33,000 nt of DNA, from positions 28,117,001 through 28,150,000 of the forward strand of contig NC_043005.1 in assembly GCF_006345805.1 (NCBI RefSeq), written 5' to 3'. This document shows positions 10,585 to 21,318 of the stretch, piece after piece. The translations under genes and the position numbers were made by a program. Source of the stretch: Octopus sinensis. Taxonomy: Eukaryota. A model generated the notes under the pieces. The model saw nothing but the letters and a program-made list of their open reading frames with translations. It ran no database searches and had not been told where the DNA came from. Numbering within the stretch: position 1 is the first letter of the stretch; the number at the start of each line of letters is the position of its first letter.

Positions 10585-11339
10585 TACATATATATTAGCT
10601 CAAATATTCTCTGTATAGAGTACACTTTGTTGAGCTCAAGAGGTGTAAACTTGAGCGGATTGAGAAGTAAATTTAAGGATAAGCAAGTTAGGTCAACATA
10701 CAAAGTATATTAAATACATGCAATACAAAAAATGTGTATATTTACATACAAAAAGGTCTGACTTAACACAGAATAGAAATGATATCAAGAAAGGGGTTGA
10801 AGAAAAGTCTAAAATATATTTGCATATGCTTACAAAAATAAATAAACAAACAAAAGCTATTCCAATGCTGTACAAAGTCATAACATTCCTTAAGCCCAAA
10901 TCTACCATTCTTTTCTCCCTGTGTCTCCCAGAGTCTTAATCTTGTCACAAAATACCGCCAGCCATATTCTTCATTTATCCATTCCCTTTCAATATTAAAT
11001 TAACCAATTCCTTCTTATTTGTCCTTTTTTCCCTTCTTCTTTTCTTTCTATTTTCCTTTTCCACTGTATTTTCCTTGTCCTCTTCGTCTCTCTTTCACTC
11101 TTTATTTTTTATCAGTTTGTGGCAAATTTTTCTTGTACTTTTTTTCATATATTTGTTTGTTTGTATGGTGTTATTCAAAGAGAAATCATGAGAATTTTAT
11201 GAAGAATTCCATTTTCTGTAAAGGCCCAAAGATTTTTATAAGCAATCTTCAACAAATCAATAAAATTGTGTTTATTAGTATTTCCTAACCGGCATCCAAT
11301 CCATATGTACTCCACCCATCTCAAAGCAGCTTATCATCA

Positions 11340-11394
11340 CCTACATTCAGCTTCTGTCACCTCCAACATCACCAGCATTAACACCACTACTACC

Positions 11395-11426
<32 letters not shown>

Positions 11427-11830
11427 CAACAACAACATCACCATCATTATTAACATCAACATCAACCACATCATCAATTCCACCAATATCACCAATGCCA
11501 CTAGCACTACTACCTATGAATGCTAGCACCGACGCTTTTAGCCTGCCAACATCATTACCAACAACATCAACAATACTAGTATCAAAAACAACAACAATAC
11601 TTTTATTAACTGGTAGTAGTGGTGATGGAACAGAAAAGGTGGTGGTGGTGGTGATGGTGGCGGTGGTGGTGATGTGGAGTAGAAAAATAAGAAAAGGAAG
11701 AGGAAGAGGTGGGAAGAGCAGAAGGAGAGGAAAAAGAAAGGGTGGTGGTGGTGGTGGTGGTGAAGAAGAAGAGGAGCAGAATGAAAAAGAAGTGGTGATG
11801 GTTGCAGTGATAGTGATGATGGGGTGCAGC
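11340..11830. repeat. Trinucleotide low-complexity patch: (CAC/CAA/CAT)n followed by (GGT/GAT/GAA)n
   Basis: Visible directly in the sequence; composition switches at ~11610. Confidence 0.85.
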
Positions 11831-11929
11831 TATTATCTGTGTTGTTCTCACCAAAAAAGTTGTTCCAACAACACCATTCTTTAACTTAAAAGAAAAAAAA
11901 TTATTTCCATATTTAGGTAATTACATTTT

Positions 11930-12240
11930 ATTTGTAGAGAAAGAGGGTTTGTAGAGAGAGAGAGAGAGAGAGAGATTACTTACAGAGAGAAAACTGGTTT
12001 AGAGAGAAATAGTTTGTAGAAAATAATGGTTTATAAAGAATAGTGCTTAGAAGAAGTCTGATGAGAGAGCTGGCTTGTAAAGATGAATGGCCTATAGAGA
12101 GACATGGCTTGTAGAGAAAAATTATTTGTAGAAAATAATGATTTTCATTTCTAGAGAATAATGGATAAACAGAGAGAAGCAGTTTGTAGAGAGTAAAAAA
12201 AGTTTGAAGAGAATAAAGACTTGTAAAAGGAAATGGTTAA
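11930..12240. repeat. Degenerate purine-rich minisatellite (~17 bp, tggtttgtagagaRaaa-like)
   Basis: Motif tt(t)gtaga(g)a / ggcttgtaga recurs more than ten times at short spacing. Confidence 0.6.
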
Positions 12241-12375
12241 GTAAATTTCTGAAGTCTTGAATTGTAATTTTCTACAGCACTAAAAGACAAATTATAATGC
12301 CACACCTGATTCCACCTCCTTCCTTCCATTTACACACATTCTGTGCACTTTATACAATCTCAAGTAGATAAGGCA

Positions 12376-12775
12376 TCATCATTACCATCATCATTTCACT
12401 TCCATGTTCCATGCTGGCAATGTTTGGACAGTTTGACAAAGACCCAATGGATCCAATGACCACACTGTGCTCAAGTGTCTGCTTTGGAATGGTTTCTATA
12501 GCTTGATGCCTGTCCTTAACATCAACCATATTGTTTTCTGGGTGCTTTTTCATGCTACCAGCACTAGTAAGGTTGCCATGCAGTTTGCCCTGAGTGCAGC
12601 AGCAGCTTTAAACTGGGAGATGAAGTGTTAAAGTATAAAATAAGGGACCAAAGCAGAACAGGTTTCTTGCTGTAAAGGAGATACATGACTACTCATGTTT
12701 TAGAAGAGAAGGTGGGAGTGGTTGGATGGAGCTGGAAAAAGATAAAAATAGTGATAATGAGGTGTCTGGGTGAGC
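12376..12775 (-). mobile_element. Decayed RTE-type 3' UTR with (GAT)n tail
   Basis: catcatc...ccatgctggc...ggtttctatagcttgatgcc...caacc...ggtgctttttcatgctaccagcac, same layout as 3918-4500. Confidence 0.6.
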
Positions 12776-13777
12776 CCTCAAGGACTCTGTGCAATCTCAA
12801 AAAGGCAAGGACGGTGTTACACTACTGATTAGTAATAACCTTTTCGGATGCTCTAAGCTCCATGACGTTTTACATATGAAAAAACAAATTGAGAAATGCC
12901 AGCCACTTTGTATGTGCAATATTTACATATTTGATTGAAATGCAAGTCATCAAGCATATTTTTAATTTGTTTCAACAACTTCCCTCGTAAAAGAGTAATG
13001 TTTTCCTTTGTTTCTAAAAATGCAAAACATAGACTTTGTATACAATAACACTACATGATTTACACATGAACTATACACCACTCCTGCAAATGTCAAGTTC
13101 ACTTCCCCTTCTTCAATAACCTTTTATAAAGACCCCACACATTCTTTACATAACCAAGACTGTATCACAAAGACATCATAGGCTTTTTTCAGTGCCATAA
13201 AATATTTTGGTCTAAAACAGTAGCTGACCTTTTATAAAATTAGCCATACTCCCTCTTTCACAATATTATTTTCACATCTGGGGTGGTACATCAATCCTGC
13301 ATATTACAGCTCTGAAGTCTCTGAAGTCCTTTACAACCAGGACTGTTTCTTTCATTGTTTGAGAAGCAAATTTTCTGTCACCAACATTCTACAACTACTG
13401 GACCAAGTTGTGTAACCCTCCCTCCATCTCCCCTCTCTCTCTCTCTCTTTCCATCCCCCCTCTCTCTTTGCTAAAACTGCTATTATATTTACACTACATG
13501 CTCACCATATTGCTCTCACACATCTTAAGCTCTATTACCTCCCATAATTCCAAGGCCCTGTCCTCATTACTTTACCATTCCTTCTTCTTCAGAATTGTAC
13601 CCCTGTGACGGTCTCTTTTTATTAGTATTTTCCTTCCAAGAACTCAGACCTACAGCAATTGAAACTGAATACAGTCTAAACTATATAATACATCAGTCAA
13701 AGATTATTAAGGTTTTAAGAAAAAAAAAAACTAGAAATATTATTCAACTGGTGGAAGACATTAAAAATATTATTATA

Positions 13778-13826
13778 CTCCAGCATGGCCACAGTCAAAT
13801 GACTGAAACAAGTAAAAAGAGTATAT
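13778..13826 (+). mobile_element. Isolated SINE tail-A fragment
   Basis: ctccagcatggccacagtcaaatgactgaaacaagtaaaaagagt matches the 3' ends of 1671-2092 and 25290/25521. Confidence 0.7.
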
Positions 13827-13933
13827 CTCTTAAATACTTTGGAGAGTATTTAAGAATTGGTACTTGGTTTGATTTTTTGATACTTTTTGGTTATCTCACC
13901 CCCATTAAAAAATTGGGTCATTTCCCCCCATTT

Positions 13934-14283
13934 TTATGAAAGATATCGGTACTTTTAGTTATCTCCCCCACCTAAAAAAATTGTTTAACCCTCAATAAAA
14001 CAAAAAAAAATGAAAAAAATCAATAAACATGAAAACTTAAAAAATTAATCATCTTATTGGATCTAATGACATTTTTATAACAAATCATAGCATGCCTGAG
14101 GAGGCCAAACGTCAACAATGTGTGGCAGTATTGAATCAAAAGGATCTAACACTTTTTATCCAATCACTTGTCATTACAAACTTAATTTTTTAAGGGTGTG
14201 TGTGGGTGGGGGGTGACACCATTTTTAATGGCAATTTTTTAATAGGGGTGGGATAACCAAAAAGTACCCATATTTTTTTATAA
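13934..14283. mobile_element. Foldback/MITE-like element with ~50-bp imperfect arms
   Basis: ttatgaaagatatcggtacttttagttatctccccc..aaaaaattg vs caattttttaataggggtgggataaccaaaaagtacccatattttttataa. A partial duplicate of the left arm lies at ~13878-13920. Confidence 0.55.
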
Positions 14284-15408
14284 CAGTATAAGGACTGGGA
14301 GATAAATCTAAAAACTAAATCTTGATAAGTCACAAAATAGAACACAAACAATATCCCCTTATATTGATTTTGGTATTCATTCCTAATAATTAAGGAAATT
14401 GATTCATAGACTGTTGTCTGTGATAGAACATTCACGCAGACTGAACTGGTATTTACTCCTACCAGCACTGGCTGAAAATACAGCTGTTCCAGCAATTGCC
14501 CAAGGTGCTACGTACTTGAGGTTACCATGTCTGTTTGGGATATTCTAAGAAATACAAAAGGAAAAGTAGGAAAATTATAAACAAAATAGAACATTTTATT
14601 CTTGCATTTAATAAATTGTAATAAACACTTTATTTCTACATTTACTCCTTATCAGAAATATTTAAAATTTTACATGTAAGGGCACCAAAATGCAGATACT
14701 TAAGGCAGCAGTAGCCCTAAAGCTGTCCACCAGCTATTTGAACTGATGGTTGGTGGATGTAGTTTGAAGAAGATCATACCTCAGAATGGTACACATTCAT
14801 ACCAACACCTTGGAGAATTAATAACTGGACTGTGATACAATACCTGCCAAATCGATTTGGCCCCTATTCCTGATAAATCCTTTGAGCTGGGCCAATGTAG
14901 AATAAGACATTCTGAGTAGAAACATAATGAAACAACATAATGAAACTCTTTCAATGGAATTGAATGGATGATATCAGAATAATATTAGAATGATATTATC
15001 CCCTCAGCCATCATCCCTCTAAAACTGAAGAGGTTTTGTATGATACAAACAGACATTATGTTAACTCATTGCAAGTCACTTGTTAGAGTAGTGTTCAATA
15101 GTGAAACCAGTGTTCACTATCATCACAGCCAGCTGTCAGGAGTAACACTGAGTGGCACTGGCTATCAGTAGTTATTTTTACATAAATATACACAGCAGGA
15201 TGTGAATCAACTATCATCACATTACAAGTAAATAAATTTATGCATTTTTGTGTAAATAATTCCATTTGAAGAAAGTATGTGAAGAAAAATACTGTTTTTG
15301 AGTAATAGAGCGAGAAATTTATATGAGTGCGAATGTGTATTTATACAATATTGTTGTCTATGTAAATAACCTGTAGCCTTCTGTGGCTGTCAGACAGCCA
15401 GCCTGCAG

Positions 15409-15490
15409 CCCTTTTTTTGTCAAGAACTCAATGATAGCACATTGCTTCTGCTTGGAACATCATTATTTACCTGCAATGAAGAAAGAAGTG
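15409..15490 (-). pseudogene. Possible mariner transposase N-terminal remnant
   Basis: KQKQCAIIEFLTKKG resembles the (K/E)QRAVIEFLxxEG start of the mariner HTH. Short match; no TIR located. Confidence 0.4.
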
Positions 15491-15615
15491 TTACTTTACT
15501 AACATGTGCTATTTGAGTGAGCGATGTCAGTTAATAAAAAAAAGTTAAGCCCAATTTTGTGTTACTTTCTGTACAACTCTTATGTATGTTTGCTTGGGTG
15601 TAAGTATATGTGTGT

Positions 15616-15654
<39 letters not shown>

Positions 15655-15767
15655 TGAGTATAGATATAGAAATGCATATATGTATATGTCTGTATATGTG
15701 TGTGTATATAAAATGCTGAAATGAATTTTATTCCATTATGAAGTGGTCACCTCAAACAGCTGAAACT

Positions 15768-15834
<67 letters not shown>

Positions 15835-15996
15835 CTTTTCTGTTTTCCATGATAAACTTCTCTAAGAATTTTCTTCTTACTGCTTTAATATATATTCACT
15901 CATGTGTAATGTCTTAACCTTTTCAGTATGCACATACACACACACACACGCATATCTCCCTTTCATTCAACCTTTTTTTTTTCCAGTCATCTTGTC

Positions 15997-16178
15997 ATGT
16001 TAGATCACTGCACTCTACACAGATTTTCTCTCTTCATTTTTTATCTCTTAAACCTTTCTGTCGAAGAGTGTAGACTTGAAACGTAAAGGACTTTTCCATT
16101 TTTCCTGAGTGTCAAACTAATACGCCTACTTGTTCCTACATCTGTCTTTGTCTTTTGTTTTCTGCAAATTTGAACTAT
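15997..16178 (+). mobile_element. Hammerhead-bearing element family 2, second copy
   Basis: Homologous to the reverse complement of 6191-6377; ends in a tatatat tract. Confidence 0.7.
16054..16089 (+). ncRNA. Minimal type I hammerhead variant (CUGUCGA core, GUA triplet)
   Basis: cttt-CTGTCGA-a-gagt(gtag)actt-GAAA-CGTA-aagg. The stem II C-G to T-A change is compensatory relative to 6283-6318. Confidence 0.7.
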
Positions 16179-16429
16179 ATATGTATGTATATACATATAT
16201 ACATCTTCAACCATGTGTATAACAACAAAAGTAGACCTCAATACAAGAAATGTAGAACTAAATTTCTTAGATGACAGGGGTATGTAGTAGCACTTACATT
16301 CATTAAACATGCATTCTGTTGAGAAATCCACACTCCTGAATGTAATCACCAGTATCATATAGTACAGATACTCTTCTGAATATATTAAAAATAACATTTA
16401 GTAGAGATGATACCTTTATACATGCAAAA

Positions 16430-16608
16430 CAGGGATCCCCAAACTTTTTAGACCATCGAACCCCCCCCCCCCCAATCGACCACCAGGCATGTACAAGAAA
16501 ATTAATAAATAATAATTGAGTAGATCTACAGTTTCCAGGCATTTATCAGCCCTTTGAATAGTCTCATTGACCCCCAGAGGTCAATATCGACCACTTTAGA
16601 GACCCCTG
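16430..16608. mobile_element. hAT (Charlie-like) MITE
   Basis: TIRs cagggatccccaaact / actttagagacccctg. 8-bp flanks atgcaaaa / atgtagaa (6/8 identical, decayed TSD). Confidence 0.8.
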
Positions 16609-16655
16609 ATGTAGAAACTGACAGAATTCACTTCAGATTTACTTTTCATTATTAA

Positions 16656-16857
16656 CCTCTTTGATACTACATTTTTGTTGAAGTACAATCCCTTTATAAT
16701 GAAGAATCTTTTGAAATAATTTTGTCATTATTAAATTAGCATTTGGCACATAAATTAACATGGAATTTTAACTGAAGGTTTTAATTAGGTCACTTTCAAA
16801 CAAAGAGTTTGCATCAGAAAATTAGGAGTGGTCTTAGGCAAGTTGGTATCAAAAGAG
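16656..16857. mobile_element. Diverged piggyBac-type MITE
   Basis: ttaa|cctctttgatac ... gtatcaaaagag|ttga. Internal acataaatt..gaaggttttaatt blocks resemble 1232-1442. Confidence 0.6.
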
Positions 16858-16978
16858 TTGATTATCTGACATGTTCATGACACTCATAAGAGAACATGAA
16901 CATCACAGAATCTAATTATCTTCTTCCTTGTAAATTTCATCCCTCTGTAGCTACATGTAAAAGAGATCTAAAGAGATA

Positions 16979-17116
16979 GGCACAGGCATGGCTGTGTGGT
17001 TAAAGAAGCATGCTTACCAACTACATGATTTGGAGTTCAGTTCCATATGTGGCACCTCAGGCAAATGTCTTCTACTATACCCTTTGGTCAGTCAAAGCCT
17101 TGTCAGTGGATTTGGT

Positions 17117-17149
<33 letters not shown>

Positions 17150-17400
17150 TGTTAAGTGTTTGTATGTTTGTTTCTCCTTGCCTTGGTTCTGTGTGATAGT
17201 TGTAAGTATCACTGTCATAGAATCAGTGTCATTTCTGATGTTCTGTGAAAACATGTTTGGCCATGGGGAAATATTACCTTGCTTGGAAAGAGATGAAGAA
17301 TGGCAGCAGAGAGTATAGCTAGCTATAGAAAAACTGCCTCAATAAACTCCATCTGACCTATTGCAAGCTTGGAAAAACGGACATTAAAATAATAATGATA
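16979..17400 (+). mobile_element. tRNA-derived SINE with RTE-type tail B
   Basis: Same head and core as 1671, but the 3' end is ctatagaaaaactgcc...gcaagcttggaaaaacggacattaaaataataatgat, i.e. the RTE (GAT)n-type terminus. Confidence 0.8.
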
Positions 17401-17817
17401 GCAGTGGTGGCAATGGTAATGATGATGATGAGCTAAACTGATAAAGTGCCAAACACTAAGTGTCTGTGAATTAACACTATTTTCACATTACCCCTGCCCT
17501 CACCTTTTCCAAACCCTGTTCTTTGAATAAGATCACTAATATTTTGTTCATGATTTCTTTATCAATTTGGTCTGCAATAGGCCACAACAAGAACATTGTT
17601 GTCAATTTTAGCTTCAAGCCAACTATAGCACAAGAATTTATGTAAAATTTTGCCTCATGGTAAGCTGCGGCATCAAATGAACTTCTAAATCCTTCTGGTC
17701 TTCATAAATTACCATATATTAGTCACATATGTCACACATATTAGTTACATTTGTAAATATGTGTGTGTATGTATATACACACATATATACATGCGTGTAT
17801 GTGTGTGTTTACATATA

Positions 17818-17968
17818 GGCACAGGTGTGGTTATATGGTTAAGAAGCTTGCTTTCCAACTGTGTCATCTTGGGTTAGGTCAAACCATGCAGCACCTAGGA
17901 TACATGTCTCTTACTGTAATACCAGGCCAAACAAAACTTTGGAAATGGATTGGAAGATAGAAACCGAA
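17818..17968 (+). mobile_element. Diverged SINE head/core fragment
   Basis: ggcacaggtgtggttatatggttaagaagcttgctttccaac... Confidence 0.65.
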
Positions 17969-18379
17969 ACAAGAAGTGATGTCAATTACTCCAAGAAACA
18001 CATGTAGACAACATGTATTTTTTTAATATACATAAGATATATTTATCAGTTAATATAAGTATATATATTAAATGTCTTGTGCTTCTATTAGAAAGCAGTG
18101 TATATGTGTGTGTAACAGAGAAAGAGAGAGAGAGATGATTATGTCATCATATATCAAAAATTTAATTGTGCTTAAATGTATATGTATGTGTAAATAATGT
18201 GTGTGTATAACAGTAACAAGACATTTAGTGGAGGTGAGATATGCTGTGACACCAGGTCAAATGAAAAAAGCAGACAACAAAATCACATGACCAACAGAGA
18301 AAAGAAAATGCTTTCTTTGCCTGTTGTTGTGGTTTACAAGAAACATCACCATAGTAATGTTCCTTGTAACATTCCTAAC

Positions 18380-18775
18380 ACTTCTTCCTAATGCCAACCA
18401 CTCCGAGAGTGTAGTGGATGCTTTTACGTGCCACTGGCACGAGGGCCAGACAGGCAGTACTGGCAATGGCCATGCTCAAATGGTGTTTTTTCATGTCACC
18501 TGCCACAGGGGGCAGTCCAGCGGCACTGGCAACAACCTCGCTCGAATATTTTTTCACATGCCACCGGCACAAGTGCCAGTAAGGCGATGCTGGTAACGAT
18601 CACGCTCGAATGGTGCTTTTTACGTGCCACCGGCACAGAAGCCAGTTAGTTGCTCTGGCAACAATCACACTCGGATGGTGCTCTTAGCGCTCCACTAGCA
18701 CGGATGCCAGTCTTCAAATTTGATTTCGATTTCACTTGCCTCAACAGGTCTTCACAAGCAGAGTTTAGTGTCCAT
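18380..18775 (-). mobile_element. RTE-type 3' region containing a stem-loop unit array; terminal tail missing
   Basis: ttcctaatgccaaccactccgagagtgtagtgg tail block followed by the array. Homologous to 22610-22919. Confidence 0.75.
18416..18711. repeat. Array of 4.5 units of 64-66 bp, each with two hairpins
   Basis: Units start at 18416, 18482, 18548, 18612, 18677. Consensus ggtgctttttacGTGCCaccGGCACnnnnGCCAG-(variable)-CTGGCaacgatcacgctcgaat. Confidence 0.85.
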
Positions 18776-19111
18776 ATTATAGAAATTTGTCCCAACTACT
18801 TTAATGACTCCAGAAGTATTATTGTTGTCTCTTGGAGAAGCATAGCACTCTATTAGAGTCTTTGCAATTTTGAACTAAAGATTACTTTTGATAAATTATT
18901 ACTGATACGTCCACCATTATTTATTGAAGGATTTCCAAATTCCCATTGGCAAAAATGGCTTATTTTATACAGAGCCAGATTTATAGGGTGGCCTCCCCAA
19001 CTCCCTGGCTAGATATTGGTGGGGAGGCTGCTATGCAGGATATGTAGTACTCAGTATAGGGTGGCCCCCATCTCCCAGCAATCAGGCATGAAAAGGCTCT
19101 CTTTCAATATA

Positions 19112-19672
19112 CAAGGCTAAGTCAAAAATTATCCGCATCTTCACCATAACATATCTTTATAATTGTCACACTGCCTTCTGTGCATGCATGCTTATAGTTG
19201 GTACTATTGTGGTCATGTGATCGAAGTTTAAGCCACTCCTCTAGCAATGTGCATCAAAGAAGAACAAAGATCAGTGATCTCTTGAGCTTGCTGAATCTTC
19301 TTATCAGTGGTGGTGGCTGATGCTGCTCCCTCATTGTGCATCTCACTTGTCTAGCCACTTTTAAACTTCTTGATCCACTCATACACTCTTCTACGTGAAA
19401 GTGCACTGTCCCCATAAAAGAATTTCGTCATCTGACACACCTTCCAACCAGAGAAATTAGATCACTGCTCTTTGTTCTTCTTTGGTGCACATAGCTAATG
19501 GAGCAGCCATGCTTATACTATAAAACCAGAAAGAAATCTGATGTGATCAGGCTCAAATTTTGATCACATGACCACAATAGTACCATCTAAAAGCACGCAT
19601 ACGCAGAAGGCAATGTGACAATAATAAAGATATGTTATGATGAAAGTGCAAATAATTTTTGACTTCCCCTTG
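19112..19672. mobile_element. Mariner-derived MITE made of two 5' ends
   Basis: TA TSD and ~120-bp arms roughly 85% identical. Minus strand 19510-19281 encodes MAAPLAMCTKEEQRAVI*FLWLEG...YGDSALSRRRVYEWIKKFKSG (frameshifted HTH). The left arm repeats the same KEEQR.VI start on the plus strand. Confidence 0.9.
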
Positions 19673-19882
19673 TACAAAGGTGTCTTCACTTCTTAAAAAA
19701 TGAAATGGATTCTCTTTTATGATAAATAACCATAGATTTTGTCACCTTAGAGACACCAATAAATTCAATTAAAAAACAGTTTACTACCCAGTCCCAAAGC
19801 AGCTTGGGTATTGTAGCTACTTTTGGGACAGAAACAGAGAAAAGGGAAACAACAGAACACTCCTGAAAAGGTATGAATGTAC

Positions 19883-19913
<31 letters not shown>

Positions 19914-19937
19914 TGTATGTATGTATGTATGTATGTA

Positions 19938-20177
19938 TTGGGTTGGTGCATAATTAGTGCAGCTTTTTCGATAAATTTTATTCAACAAAAACAATGACAA
20001 CATGTAACAAAAACATCTTTAAATGATTATTCTGGAGCATATTTACCCTCTACTTCAATTACTGCTTCCCATTTGCTTGGCAGACCATCATTTAAAGATG
20101 CTTTTGTTAAACATTGTTATTGTTTTTGCTGAATAAAAGTTGTTGAAAAAAGCTGCAATAATTATGCACCAACCCAA
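19938..20177. mobile_element. Mariner-derived MITE made of two 3' ends (Hsmar1/cecropia-like TIR)
   Basis: TA|ttgggttggtgcataatt...aattatgcaccaacccaa|TA with ~90-bp arms. The centre (minus, 20089-20027) encodes DGLPSKWEAVIEVEGKYAPE*, a transposase C-terminus. Confidence 0.9.
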
Positions 20178-20826
20178 TATGTATGTATCTGCTAGTGTTT
20201 GTGAGTGTGTTTGTATGTGTAAGTATGAATTTATATAAAAATAAAGAGGTTGATATAAAGTTATTGTCTCTAGGTCAAATTCCTCTTTCAATGCATGACT
20301 TAGCAATGACATTTCTTGACATATGCACACACTTACACACATATTGCTACTTTTAAACTTAGTGAGGTATTATGAACTAGTTTTATTTTGAATTTAGTTT
20401 TAATCATAAAATTACATCTCTCAACTGCTAAAAGCATTTTTTTTTGTCTGCTTTAGAATTATTGTATGTATGTTCAAATGTTTTTCATGAAATCAAATCT
20501 TTCTTAGTTTTGTTTGTATTTTTCTTCATTCTGTCAAACACTTGAAATTACTAAATGGAAGTGGGCAAAATGAATAATTTCCAATTTCTTGTTATTTTCT
20601 CCATACCAGTTTTTGACCATTGCGTTGCAAGTCTTATATTCCAATTTTGTACCATTGTATCCTCCTTGAAAGTAAAACTTGGTCAGTATAGTATAAGTTG
20701 TTGAAGTTGAGAGTGTTTAAAACATTGGTGACAGGTACATTTTTTGCAAGAAATTTTTCCTCAACTTTTTGACCTGATTGTAATTGGGGTAGCTAATAAA
20801 ATATCTAGGTAATTTTGGGTGTTTAA

Positions 20827-20983
20827 CCCTTTCATTACTGTATTTAGTAAAATAACTTAGTTATCATTTAGCTAGTTGCAGGAACATAAATTGTGACTTA
20901 GGTTTGGTGGAAGATTTTAATTCAAAACAAGACATTTGTGCTCAGAGCCAGAACCAGTTTCAGCCAGGTTGGTAACGAAAGGG
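20827..20983. mobile_element. piggyBac-type MITE (short variant)
   Basis: TTAA|ccctttcattac ... gtaacgaaaggg|TTAA. Internally deleted relative to 1232-1442. Confidence 0.85.
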
Positions 20984-21147
20984 TTAACCTTCAATATTCT
21001 TTTCCCTGCTGGATTCTACATAAATTTTTCCCACACTAATATCTAATTTGATAATCTTTAAGATTCCAAAAAGAAAATATCTAAATTGGAGCAAAATGAG
21101 TAATGAATAATTTTAATAATTTCTTCTCTTTAATTGCATCATCTTTG

Positions 21148-21318
21148 TCATCATCATCATCATCATCGTTTAACATCCGCTTTCCATGCTGGCATGGGTT
21201 GGATGGTTTAACTGAGGGCTGGCAAGCCAGAAGGCTGCACCAGGCTCCAAACCGATCTAGCAAAGTTTCTACGGCTGGATGCCCTTCCTAATGCCAACCG
21301 CTCTGAGAGTGTAGGTGG
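21148..21318 (-). mobile_element. RTE-type 3' tail with (GAT)n
   Basis: (tca)n cgtttaacatccgctttccatgctggcatgggttggatgg...ggatgcccttcctaatgccaacc. Confidence 0.85.

Noticed and set aside
11266-11884. Poly-T/N/H/G ORFs
   Set aside because: Trinucleotide low-complexity sequence, open on both strands.
12058-12064. CTGATGA hammerhead core motif
   Set aside because: No stem II, GAAA or stem I; it lies in a minisatellite.
13060-13400. Faint RTE-like peptide traces (IKGQL, FYGTE, RMCGV) on the minus strand
   Set aside because: Too degraded and full of stops to call without a profile search.
15771-15836. 66-bp perfect palindrome
   Set aside because: (AT)n is self-complementary; the 4-bp flanking extension is plausible by chance given the many AT tracts.
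17504-17700. 63-codon open frame ending at a GTGAGG donor (minus strand)
   Set aside because: Competing weak readings (host exon, Harbinger-like, endonuclease-like in another frame, plus-strand mini-exon); none is decisive.
18416-18711. CRISPR interpretation of the repeat/variable-loop array
   Set aside because: Eukaryotic retroelement context, variable parts only 6-11 nt, degenerate repeats, and no cas genes or leader.
20590-20775. Possible minus-strand small exons
   Set aside because: Two alternative open frames and no homology.
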